64,000 bases of DNA from Octopus sinensis (lineage: Eukaryota): contig NC_042997.1 of NCBI RefSeq assembly GCF_006345805.1, positions 39,494,001 to 39,558,000 of the forward strand, read 5' to 3'. A model generated the notes under the pieces. It searched no databases, had not been told where the DNA came from, and worked only from the letters and a program-made list of their open reading frames with translations. Position 1 is the stretch's first letter, and each line of letters opens with the position of its first letter. The position numbers and the translations under genes are program-made. This document shows positions 49,991 through 61,732 of this stretch, piece by piece.

Positions 49991-50495
49991 TCTATATATA
50001 TAAAACTCTAGTTGTGTGAGTGTCTGTCCCCTTCGATTTAGATTCCTAACTCCTCCCACATTTTGCGGTGCAGTTTAACCAAATTCGGGTATCTTATAGT
50101 CGTGATTCATATCGAGCCCGTCTGACTATTAGCGCGCGTCAACGATGAGTCTACGATTTTAAAAATAATTTAACATCATTTTTTATTCCATTTTAATGCA
50201 TAAAATGCATCGTATGTCGATGGCGGCGGAGTTGGCGTCCACGCTCACAGCTGCACCTGTTTGCTTCTCCCCCTTCCCTCCCTCGTGAAGCTGTGGGGAA
50301 GGGAGTGTAAAGAAATCAACGTCGTAATGCGTTGTGAAGGAAACCAGCGTTCTTTTAGAACAACGACTTCATGGCTTGAAGACACCAAAACAAAAATGGC
50401 TAAGAAAGCCCGAATTTATAAGGGAAGTAACTCTCTAAAAATGCTTATATAGTTATTTCCCTTACAAACCCGAGCAACGCCGGGCGATACTGCTA

Positions 50496-50496
<1 letters not shown>
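49991..50496 (+). mobile_element. Non-autonomous Helitron-like element
   Basis: 5' TC, 3' hairpin cccgagcaacgccggg followed by CTAG, inserted between A and T. Confidence 0.75.
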
Positions 50497-50532
<36 letters not shown>

Positions 50533-50544
50533 TACATATATATG

Positions 50545-50587
<43 letters not shown>

Positions 50588-51646
50588 CAAAATGGGGCAA
50601 GAACACAAAACATCCGGACAACTAGGTGATACAAAAAGGGACAACAAAACATCCAGATAGACAATGCAAAAAAATAAGAAAAAGGGACAGGTCATTCGAA
50701 GCTTTCTATCCTCAGTCAAGAACCGGATCATCCTTGCAATTTCGGCTGATTAATCTTGAGATTGCTCCAATCTGGCCAGCCCCAAGGAAAAACTAAGCTA
50801 AGAACATTAGATTCCTTGGAAGAAAGCATTGAACGTATACAACACCAAGGACGGAAAAACGGACAATGTTGCACAAATATAAATATAATATAAATACAAT
50901 AATATATATATATTTATTATTATATTAAGGGCATTACTATATGTAAATGCCTCACACATATACACACATAAAAAAAACAAGAAGAAAGTGCTGAAAATAT
51001 GCTAAATCCTTATACATATATTTGTTTGAATAAAACAAGTTTTATTTTTTAACATAGGAGATAAATATTTTTATCACACACACACACACTCACACACACA
51101 CATCAAATAAAAATGCAAAAGTTTTCATATACCAGTTTTACAGTATAAATATACACTAGTGAATATTTTCAGAATGTGAGTTGTACATACACAACATGAA
51201 AACAGAGAGAGTAAAAAAAAAAAAAAGAAATCACATATTACTGAAAAGTTTTTGTAGAACAGAAGTTTTACTGAATAAATTTTAGTACATGTTGTCACCC
51301 AGAGGCATTTTGCAGAGGAAGAAAAATCTTATTGTACTAAGAAAAGTCATATTTCATTGACTGGGTCTGTTTTTACTGTTGTTCAGCTTTGATCCTAAAA
51401 TGCATTGACAAAACAGACTTTGAACTTTGATAAGCTGAATGACAATGAACAAAAAAATTTACAAACAAATGAGAAGCATTATAATCACTGGTTCATGTTC
51501 ATCAGGAACTTTAAAACAAACCATACATGTTGTGTAATATTGTGGAAATAATGGAAAGAGCTATATCATTTTGGATAAGCAATGAAAACCAATAACACAA
51601 CAGCATATATATACATTTCAATAAACATTTGTATGATTTTTGTGTT

Positions 51647-51878
51647 GTGGAGGTGCGTGGTTTAGTGGTTAGGGTGTCAGCACCATGATTGTAAGATTGT
51701 GGTTTCGATTCCTGGATTGGGCGACAGGTTGGGTTCTTGAGCAAAACACATTTCATGTTGCTCCAGTTCACTCAGCTGGCAAAAATGAGTAAAGCTGCGA
51801 TGGACTGGCGTCCTGTCCAGCTAGGGAATACATACACCATAGAAACCGGGAAACCTGGGCCCATGAGCCTGGCTAGGA
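51647..51878 (+). mobile_element. SINE family B
   Basis: Highly similar to 10822-11071. Confidence 0.75.
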
Positions 51879-52851
51879 TTATCCACTTAAAGCAGTCAAA
51901 TCAGTAGTCTGTTGCCAAGAATGCAAGGGTCATCTCTGTGTTAAAAGAGGATCAACATACTGGACTAATTGGCATACTAAGGTGGAATATTGGCACTAGG
52001 AGCCAGGTAGCCATCTCTGTTGTATGTTTTTGTTGTCAGATTTGTTTTGAGAGCTGTAATTGATGCTAATCCAATTTTCAGCTTATTTTGTTCAGGAAGC
52101 CAAGTATATAGTCAAATAAAGTTCAGGAGGTCAGAGCTCAAAGGGTTAATAATATCGATATAACTACTGGATTTTATCAGTTATGTAAGAATGAGTATAA
52201 AGATTAGAAAGAATAAAGAACTCGAATAATCCTCATTGTAAAATGTCCACTTTTTCATGCTTGCATGGGTCAGATGGAATTTGTGGAAGAAAAGTTTCTA
52301 TAGTTGGACGCCCTTCCTATTGCGAATGCTCACCTGTTTCCAAGTAAGGTAATACTTGCTCCCTATGGCCAGACATGTTTTTCTCAGAAGAATGGAAACG
52401 AAGGACACTGCTGGCATCATGGTGACATTTGTTTACGGTATCACATGTAGTCTAAGTAAAGAGACATTAACACACACACACACACACACACATGCATGCA
52501 TGTATGTATGTATGTGTGTGTAAGGCTTTGGTCATCTCTGGTCTATAGTAGAAGACACTTGCCCAAGGTACCTTGCTGTGGAACTGAGCCCAAGGTCATG
52601 TGGTTGGGAAGCTAACTTCTTACCACACAGTCGTGCATTTGCCCAGTAATTACATGTAGTATTATAAAATAGTGTAAAGTGATAGTGTAGAATGAGGTAA
52701 CCATATAATAATACAACTAAATAGACGAGGAAATAGTAACTTTCAAGATAGGAAAGTGATATGATTATAAGTATAAAGAGGTTATGACATAAATATCATT
52801 ACAATATGCATGAAGTAAAAATAACTTTTTTTTACTAGATGTTAATTCAAA

Positions 52852-53246
52852 TCTTTATATATAAAAGTGAGGTTGTGTGCTGTCTGTCTCCTACGATTTA
52901 GATTCCTAACTACTCCCACATTTTGCGATGCAGTTTAACCAAAATCGGGTGTCTTATAGTCGTGATTCATATCGAGCCCTTCTGGGTATTAGCGCGCGTC
53001 TACGATGAGTCTACGATTTAAAAAAAATTTACCATCAATTTTTCCCATTTTTAATGCATTTTTGGCATATATAAGGGAAGTAACTCTCTAAAAAATTATT
53101 ATTAAATCTCAGAACGTAAAAAGCTACAGTAACCCCCCCCCTTTGTGGTTAGCCATATTGAGATGGCTATTATATTTTACATCTCTAAAAATGCTTATAT
53201 AGTTATTTCCCTTACAAACCCGAGCAACGCCAGGCGATACTGCTAG
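52852..53246 (+). mobile_element. Non-autonomous Helitron-like element flanked by an ~87-bp direct duplication
   Basis: Same family as 49991-50496. TC...hairpin-CTAG termini. Confidence 0.75.
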
Positions 53247-54279
53247 TTATAAGTATAGAGAAATTATGACATAAATATCATTACAATATGGATGAAGTAA
53301 AAATAACTTTTTTTTTACTAGATGTTAATTCAAATGACAGTATAAAGTGTTAATATAGTATGAAATGACAAAACAATGTAAAATGATTTAAAATTTTAAA
53401 GTAAAATAAAAGAATATGTGATGTGATATTTTGGGTACTACCCTGATAAAGTAGAGATATATATAAAAAAGTAAAAATACTATAAAAAGTAAAAGATATA
53501 TAGGTTAAGAGTAGGAGAGAAATATATGAGAAGGAAAATACTAAACAGAATGATTCCAGGTGGAAGGTTCCACTCTACCATATGTTGGTTTATTGTTACT
53601 TTGGTTCTAAGACGTGTGTGTTGTTCATGTACAACATATATGTTTCATTCCAGTTTGTGATAACCATCTGGATATTATTAGAAACGGTGTGTTCATGAAG
53701 AAGATATGAGTTGTGTCTTTGGTATATACATTGCACTGTGTTCTATTGCCTTAGACAAGATCTTCCACTATATGTTGTATCCTTCAAATACCAAAAATAA
53801 GAGAACTTTATGTTTCTCCTAGAAGGGTATCTGAATGAATGGGGATGTTAATTATATTTGAACTTGAAATCATTTGCAGTGAGATCAATATATACTTTTG
53901 AGAAAGAGTTGGTCATAACATTACATTAATAAATAAAACTTCTTATTGGTAATTTTATTTAATAGTCTGGGAAAAGTACAATTACAACCTGATCCATGTC
54001 CTGTTTACATTACGGATATTGTTTCTAGGTCTATCAGTTCTCTCTCCTTGTTTCTCTCCTTTTTTTTTCTGTGTATCTTTCTGTCGAAGAGCGTAGGCTC
54101 AAAACATAAAAGACTTTTTCTATTCCTGAGTGCTATACTAATACATTTGTTTGTTTGTACACCACTTGTCTTCATCTTTTGTTTATTTTCGTAAACCTGC
54201 CTTCGTCCTTTGTTTATTTTCACAAACCTTCCCGTTCTATATCTATTTAACTTAGGTAAATTAGAAGAAGCAATACTTC

Positions 54280-54900
54280 GAGAAGTGCAGTTATCTATGT
54301 TGCAGTTGACTTTTGGAGAGTGGGTTCATTCTAAAAAACAACAGCTCATGTTTTGTATTAATAGTTATATTTTGAGTTGACTCATTGAATCTATCAGTAT
54401 AGAACTTGTGTTTAAAATACTAGAAAATAATAACTATTATGAAAAACTTGACAACTATAAACACTCAGAAGTAATAAGGAATCTGACCTTTATTGACTAA
54501 ATACTGAAAATGTTTGACACTTAAAGAATTTCAGATGCAAAAGCAGCAAATTCTATGAGCTGCCCAAAATACACAACAATGAAACTATAAGTGATGATTG
54601 TAAAAAATCTAAATACAAGCATATCAAAGTAACATCTGAAGACAATTTGATACTCAGAGTGATCATAGCACCCCCTCCATATGAAACACAGACTAAGAAA
54701 CTTACTAAAACCTTTCTTAAAGCACATACAAAGCTTTTTTCAAGATGACCTGGATTTACCTGATCACTTATCAAACATAGTGAATCAAAATACAATTATT
54801 ATTTCTTTTTACATTATTAATCTAAATACCAATATTCCCCATGACTATAGAACAAATGCTATAAAATACTGGTTAGAAAGCAAGTTAAAAAGGTTTCACA
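54280..54900 (+). pseudogene. Penelope-like element reverse transcriptase remnant
   Basis: KPFLKHIQSFFQDDLDLPDHLSNIVNQNTIIISFYIINLNTNIPHDYRTNAIKYWLE resembles the PLE RT motif SFDVxxLYTNIP. A decayed HHR-like motif lies upstream at 54076-54113. Confidence 0.65.
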
Positions 54901-55047
54901 CATCAAAATGAAATGTTACAATTTCTTTTTGTCTCTTAATATTTCTAAAAATATTACAAGAATTCTTTTAATGTTATTGTGAATTTTCATTCATTTTTTG
55001 CTTTTATATACATCTTGTATGGAAACCATTATTCATTATGTATATAT

Positions 55048-55585
55048 ATCATCATCATTGTTTAACGTCCGCTTTCCATGCTAGCATGGGTTGGATGATT
55101 TGACTGAGGTCTGGCGAACCAGATGGCTGCACCAGACTCCTATCTGATCTGGCAGAGTTTCTAAAGCTGGATGCCCTTCCTAACGCAAACCACTCCAAGA
55201 GTGTAGTGGGTGCTTTTACATGACTCCGGTACAAGGACCAGTCAGATGGTACTGGCAGCGGCCACACTCAAATGGTACTTTTTATGTGTCACCTGCACAG
55301 GAGCCAGGCCAACGGCACTGGCAATGACCTCACTCGAAAGTTTTTTTGTGTGCCACCAGTACAAGTGCCAGTAAGGTGACACAGGTAACGATCACGCTTG
55401 AATGGTGCTTTTTACGTGCCATCAGAATGGAAGCCAGTTTGCTGCACTGGCAACGATCACGCTTGGACGGTGCTCTTAGTGCTCCACTAGCACAGATGCC
55501 AGTCATCGAATTTGATTTCGATTTCACTTGCCTCAACAGGTCTTTGCAAGCAGAGTTTAGTGTCTAATGAAGGAAAGGTATGCAC
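55048..55585 (-). mobile_element. RTE LINE 3' UTR fragment with a few diverged ~62-bp repeats
   Basis: catcatcattgtttaacgtccgctttccatgctagcatgggttgga is near-identical to the 3' end at 61733. Confidence 0.75.
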
Positions 55586-55724
55586 ATATGTATGTATAAA
55601 TGTATATATATTCGTATATATGCATGTATATGCATTCATGAAGAGCTATAACACTAAACAAGACCAAGCTGGACAAAAGTGCTTGCTGATAAGACAAATT
55701 ATCTTATATAGAATTCTTCAATAT

Positions 55725-55957
55725 ATATTTCTTTATTGTCCACAAGGGGCTAAGCATAGAGGGGACAAACAAGGACAGACAAACGGTTTAAGTCGTTTAC
55801 ATTGACCCCAGTGAGTTAACTGGTACTTTATTTATCGACCCTGAAAGGATGAAAGGCAAAGTCGACCTCGGCGGAATTTGAACTCACAACGTAACGACAG
55901 ACAAAATATGGCTATGCAATTCGCCCGGCGTGCTAACGTTTCTGCCAGCTCGCCGCA
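55725..55957 (-). mobile_element. SINE family C, full length
   Basis: Head gcggcgagctggcagaaacgttagc, B box gagttcaaattcc. Confidence 0.75.
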
Positions 55958-56826
55958 TATATCTTCAATATAACTTGACTATAGAACCTATATTTATAAC
56001 AAAATATGGCACAGAATACATTGCCTCGTTCCTCAGATCCCATACTTTTTTCTGAAACTGCTATCTTCTGAAGATCCTTTTCTAATTCTTCATATTCTTG
56101 CAGTTACAGACTTAGAGAAATGTTTATTATCTCAATCTCACTAGCTGAACAAAAAACAGAACATACACACATGCATGAGTAAATGGTTTAGGAATTAAAT
56201 TATACTCGAGAAATGTAAGAATTGAGAAATGTGTTTTTACTCTTTGTCTCCAAGATCATAATAAGTGATAACAAATACGATCAAAAGAAAGGTATGTTGC
56301 TTCAACTAATGAGATTAAATTCTCTATGAACAGAAGCAGAAGAGTAATTTTTGAGATTAGCTATCATTACAATGTGTGTGTGTGTGGTGTGTGTGTGTGT
56401 GTGTGTGTATGCCACGCATGTCTACATGCATGTGTATGTGGGTTTGTATCTGCTTGTTTTCGTATGTACACTGCTTTAGCAATGGTGACACTTGTTTATG
56501 TTTACTGTAAACAATATGTCATGTCGCTATGCAATTTGTTGTGTGATTTCCACTCAAAGTACAATTTTTGTTTGACTACTATATCAAAGGTACTCATTAT
56601 CCTAAACCCAGGTAAATATAGTATACACAAAGGTGTGGTTATGTTGCCCATATTTTTCCTTCTCACATTAATTATCTATTCACAATTATTTTTGACCGTG
56701 GTAAAATGACAAAACAACACGATCTTAATGGTAAAATGACAAAACAACACGATCTTAATGGTAAAATGACAAAACAACATAAAGAAAATTTGTGCATATA
56801 CATCCCTCAGTTTAATGGCACTAGAC

Positions 56827-57211
56827 TCATCTTGAAAAAAGCTTTGTATGTGCTTTAAGAAAGGTTTTAGTAAGTTTCTTAGTCTGTGTTTCATATGGAG
56901 GGGGTGCTATGATCACTCTGAGTATCAAATTGTCTTCAGATGTTACTTTGATATGCTTGTATTTAGATTTTTTACAATCATCACTTATAGTTTCATTGTT
57001 GTGTATTTTGGGCAGCTCATAGAATTTGCTGCTTTTGCATCTGAAATTCTTTAAGTGTCAAACATTTTCAGTATTTAGTCAATAAAGGTCAGATTCCTTA
57101 TTACTTCTGAGTGTTTATAGTTGTCAAGTTTTTCATAATAGTTATTATTTTCTAGTATTTTAAACACAAGTTCTATACTGATAGATTCAATGAGTCAACT
57201 CAAAATATAAC
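56827..57211 (-). repeat. 385-bp inverted duplicate of 54364-54748
   Basis: Reverse complement matching at both ends. Identical ORFs 54521-54727 (-) and 56848-57054 (+). Confidence 0.92.
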
Positions 57212-57669
57212 ATGAATGATACAAGATCAAAATCTTTGAAATGACTACAAAGCCAACCTTTACACTCACTGAAGATCTGTTGTGATGATATGACATTATG
57301 ATATATATAATATTATGATATCTGCAACCAAAAGACTGCATTTGCTTTTCAGTGTGAGAAAATATTTAGATCTCTAATAAGTTCCTGACTATCCACAAAT
57401 CACAAATGCAATCCATATTGGAATAATGTTCACATGTATGGAATGTTGCAACTGCCATATTCATAAGTAACCTAAATTACTTGTAAATATAAAGATATTT
57501 GTTTATTTGTCAAAGATTCCATTACCAATGCACTACACCTATCTCTTTCAAAAACGTACAGTTTTTCTCCTTTGCCTCTTTTATCATTGTTACATGGGGT
57601 GCTATGAGTCAATGTCAAAACACCTACATGGTCAACTGACCTGATAGAATTATAATAATATAATAATAA

Positions 57670-58032
57670 TACTAATGAAATTATTGTATACAGTGCTCAT
57701 GTGCACCACAACTTGTCAGAGTATATGCAGTAATGTACAAATGTCTGGGAAGTGAACAGTGTATGAGTCAGATACATGCTTGTGTGTGTATGGAGGGGAG
57801 AAAATCAGGTGTAGTGTTGGTGAATCTCAGTAAGCATGGAAGTTTTGAAGGATGCAGAGCTCCGACAACTAACAACTGATGCCGGGGGTTTGTTCCATAT
57901 TTCAGCAACTCTTAGCACGAAAAAATGTTTCTGAAAGTCATGGGAGCTGTGCTGTTTTCTGACTTTGTAAATATGTCCACGGGTGTTAGATGGGTGGAGT
58001 TTGAAAACAGCCAAATCATCTTTAAAAATCAC
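57670..58032 (-). mobile_element. CR1-group LINE 3' fragment
   Basis: NTRGHIYKVRKQHSSHDFQKHFFVLRVAEIWNKPPASVVSCRSSASFK is typical of a CR1 ORF2 C-terminus. Confidence 0.7.
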
Positions 58033-58985
58033 ACTATATTGTCTTTAAAATAAATCACGATGGGAAAAATGCTGCTTTGGATACGTTGTATCAGAAAAGA
58101 TGACAGGATGACCACAACTAGAAAATTAGTCAAACAACGAAGACTCAACTAAGAAAAATACAAATCAACATGCATATCAATAGCAAATATAACAAAATTC
58201 AGAGGTGTAACTATGCAAAACAGACAAAAAGAAAATTGAAGAGGTACGGAGACTTTAAGCAATAAGATTAGCATGGAGGCCCTTGTTCCAGACACGAATA
58301 AAAGTTTTATGATGTCAAGGGAAATCACATATGTTTAGTTAGCAAAATATTAGGAAATTCAGCTATTAAAGCTGAACAAGTTGGTTGTATGAATCTACAA
58401 GCACAGTTCTAAGTTACTAATCATGATACATGTGCTACCATATTCTTTCCATTATTTCCTCTTGTTATTTTGCCAAAAGAATTCTTCAGACATGAATCAG
58501 AAAGTAATGCACACCAAGATAGTATTCTTTCTTGCATGTGAACTGAAAGTATAAGTAATTGTTTTGGCTGTTTTTTTCCTTCTGCTACCTTATTCCATCA
58601 TAACATGGAAAATTTAAAAGAAAAGCATTTTTCTAGGTTTAAACCTAAATAAATTTGAATTAAGCATTCCTTCTCCTAGTCTACAAGAATGTTCATAACA
58701 AAACAAAAAATGCTTATATCTACATTGGCAGCTGCTTCTTCTGCTCACTTTGGGATGGAGTCTTTTATATAACAATAAGCAGCTGATAATATTAAGTTGC
58801 AGATATAACATTACCTGAGCTTTGATTCTAATAAAGGGATACTTTTAAATTTATTTTAAATAATGTCTAAAGTCTACTAATTTTGATAACAATAACTGTT
58901 TAATAGCAGTAGTCATGATTATAGATCATGGATAATGTTATCAAACATACAAAATAAGTAGCTCTCATGGAACAGTACAATATAT

Positions 58986-59204
58986 ATATAATCAAAATAA
59001 GCAACAAGTATATCTGAGGTAATGTGGTACGATCGTTTCATGTGGTACGAGGTAATGTGGTACGATCATACCACATTACCTCAGATATACTTGTTGCTTA
59101 TTTTGATTATAATCACCCCATGGGTTATATGGATAATACCATACAAAATTCTTGTGCATTTGACTTAAGTACCATATTCATCTCAATCTAAATTTTGCTG
59201 AACT

Positions 59205-59205
<1 letters not shown>
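58986..59205. repeat. Fold-back Penelope-like fragment inverted at the HHR stem III palindrome
   Basis: ataatcaaaataagcaacaagtatatctgaggtaatgtggtacgatc... and its reverse complement. Same family as 19385-19530. Confidence 0.7.
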
Positions 59206-59252
<47 letters not shown>

Positions 59253-59826
59253 ATTTTATTGATATTTAGCAGAATCAACAGGGTGATTCCAGGTCCAAGA
59301 GTTTTGTGCACTGGTACTTATCAAAATGTTTGAACCAACATACCTGTATATATGTATATATATATCTTGCTTCTCAACTACATGGTTTCGGGTTCAGTCC
59401 CACTGCGTGGCACTTTGGGTAGGTGTCTTCCGCTATAGCCCCGAGTCGACCGAAGCTTTGTGATTGAATTCGGTAGGTGGAAGTTACTGCTGTGTGTGTA
59501 TGTGTGCGTATAGCTGCACAGTGCCTCTCCGAAAGAGAGAGAGGGATATACATTTTCTATCATATATTATGCAAACCTGAAATGCATGTATTAAATGATT
59601 TCAAAATATCACTAATTGGTTTGACTTCATTATTACGACTAATATGACTCAATACCAGCACAAACTAGCCAATCTTGACTCCACTCATGTGGATACACTG
59701 ACAAATATTTGGAGTAGTTTTTTAAATTTCGTTTGAGCTGAAAATTCTGGTACTGTGCACCACTTTTTCATGAAATAGCTACACAAACACACACATGCAC
59801 ACACACACACACCCACACACAAACAA

Positions 59827-59863
<37 letters not shown>

Positions 59864-60132
59864 GGAGTAAACACATAAATGTGAAACAAGGTGGAAAAAA
59901 AGAGTACTCAAATACCAGTGGTAGAGTAATATGCTTTATTTAAAGCAGCAGAAAATTCTACAAAACCTGTTACTCTGAACATACATACATGCATACATAC
60001 ATACATACATACATACATACATACATGCATGCAAGCATGCATACATACATGCCAACATATATACAAACATACATACATACATACATACATACACACATAC
60101 ATACATGCATACATATATACATGCATACATAT

Positions 60133-60600
60133 GTCTTGAAATAAACTTAGAAGATCCTTCTGTTATGGAATACATTCATAAATACCAACTTAAGGAATAC
60201 TGGTGGAATTCTCCCATCAAAACTTCTGTCAAATATAAACATAACAGGCCAGAATATTGTTGTTTGAGACAGAGGGGCAAATGTATGTACCATCATGGAG
60301 GACAGCTGCCCTGCAAATATAAATATCAAAGGAAAAGGGGATATCTGTGGATAACTGCTTCAAAACCTCCAGTTTCTATATCCAGACTATGATTTCATAT
60401 TCATACCTACAATGATTGGAGCACTAGGTTTCGTTAGTGAATGCTTAAAGGAGAATCTGGATAAACTGGGATTTTCAGAAAGAGAAATCAACTGGCTAAT
60501 TCGTATATTACAAGTGCAATCTATGAGTGGAACAGTAAAAATATGCAAGAATTTTCTCAAGTTCCAAATGTGAATTTGTCTGTGTTAACTACATCTCTGT
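60133..60600 (+). mobile_element. R4-like non-LTR retrotransposon 3' fragment (RLE domain) in (CATA)n
   Basis: EYWWNSPIKTSVKYKHNRP...SCPANINI...LLQNLQFLYPDYDFIFIPTMIGALGFV...VQSMSGTVKICKNFLKF, with frameshifts. (ATAC)n on both sides. Confidence 0.7.
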
Positions 60601-60822
60601 TGGAAACCAGCTCCGATAGAAGAGACATACATACATACATACATGCATGCAAGCATACATACATACATACATGCATGCATGCATACATACATACATACAT
60701 ACATACATACATACATACATGCATGCATACATACATACATACATACATACATACATACATACATACATACATGCATGCATACATACATACATACATACAT
60801 ACATACATACATACATACATAC

Positions 60823-61067
60823 ATAAAAAGTAAACATGGATGGCATTTTAAGTTTATGACAGCTGTTTTTGGTAGAATTTTATTTATTTAATGCAGTCAT
60901 AAAAGACTACATGATAATATATAATCCGCCATCATCAGGTAAACCTTTACCTGATGATGGCAAATTATATATTATCATGTAGTCTTTTACGAATGCATTA
61001 CATAAATAAAATTCTACCAAAAACAGCTGTCATAAACTTAAAATGCCACTTGTATTTACTTTTTATG
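60823..61067. repeat. ~245-bp palindrome carrying two inverted, core-mutated HHR-like motifs
   Basis: Centre catcaggtaaacctttacctgatg. Each arm reads CUGAUGA UGG...CCA AAAA CAGCUG UC (GAAA changed to AAAA). Confidence 0.7.
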
Positions 61068-61306
61068 CCTATGCTACACCAAAGCCCACCCCTGAGTTAG
61101 CTCCATGGGTTAAATTGGATTTGGTACTTGCATATCTATGGGGTCTCCTGTCAGCACTTGATGTAGTCAATGCTTATTTCAATGTGAGGTCTATGTTATT
61201 GTACATAGCAATTTTTGGCATTCTACAAGTTAATGTGCTTTGATTCTTATGAAGTCATATAATATATGTGTGTATGTGTGTGTGTGTATGTGCATGTATA
61301 TGTATG

Positions 61307-61352
<46 letters not shown>

Positions 61353-61371
61353 TGTGTAAATATGTCTATAT

Positions 61372-61407
61372 CTATATCTATATCCATCCATCTATCTATC
61401 TATCTAC

Positions 61408-61490
<83 letters not shown>

Positions 61491-61506
61491 CCTATCTATC
61501 TATCTA
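61372..61506. repeat. (TATC)n microsatellite
   Basis: Read directly from the sequence. Confidence 0.9.
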
Positions 61507-61732
61507 ATATCTGGGCATTGGGTACCCTTTAAAATCCTTCTCTTAGTCAGGCACAACCTGACACAACCTGCTGCTATTGAAGTATGGTTTACATTTCTCC
61601 AGGATCTTCCAATTCATGTGGTACTCTGTGGTGCTTTCTTCAAAGAGCAAATGTGCTTGGCAAGAGTTGGGGTGTTGTGTCTCTTCGGGATATTGAAAGA
61701 GGACTTATGTTTGTTAATATATGTATATATAT

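Noticed and set aside
49708-50059. YI/YV/CV/HT-rich ORFs here and at 4014, 20103, 23470, 59908-61532
   Set aside because: Translations of microsatellites.
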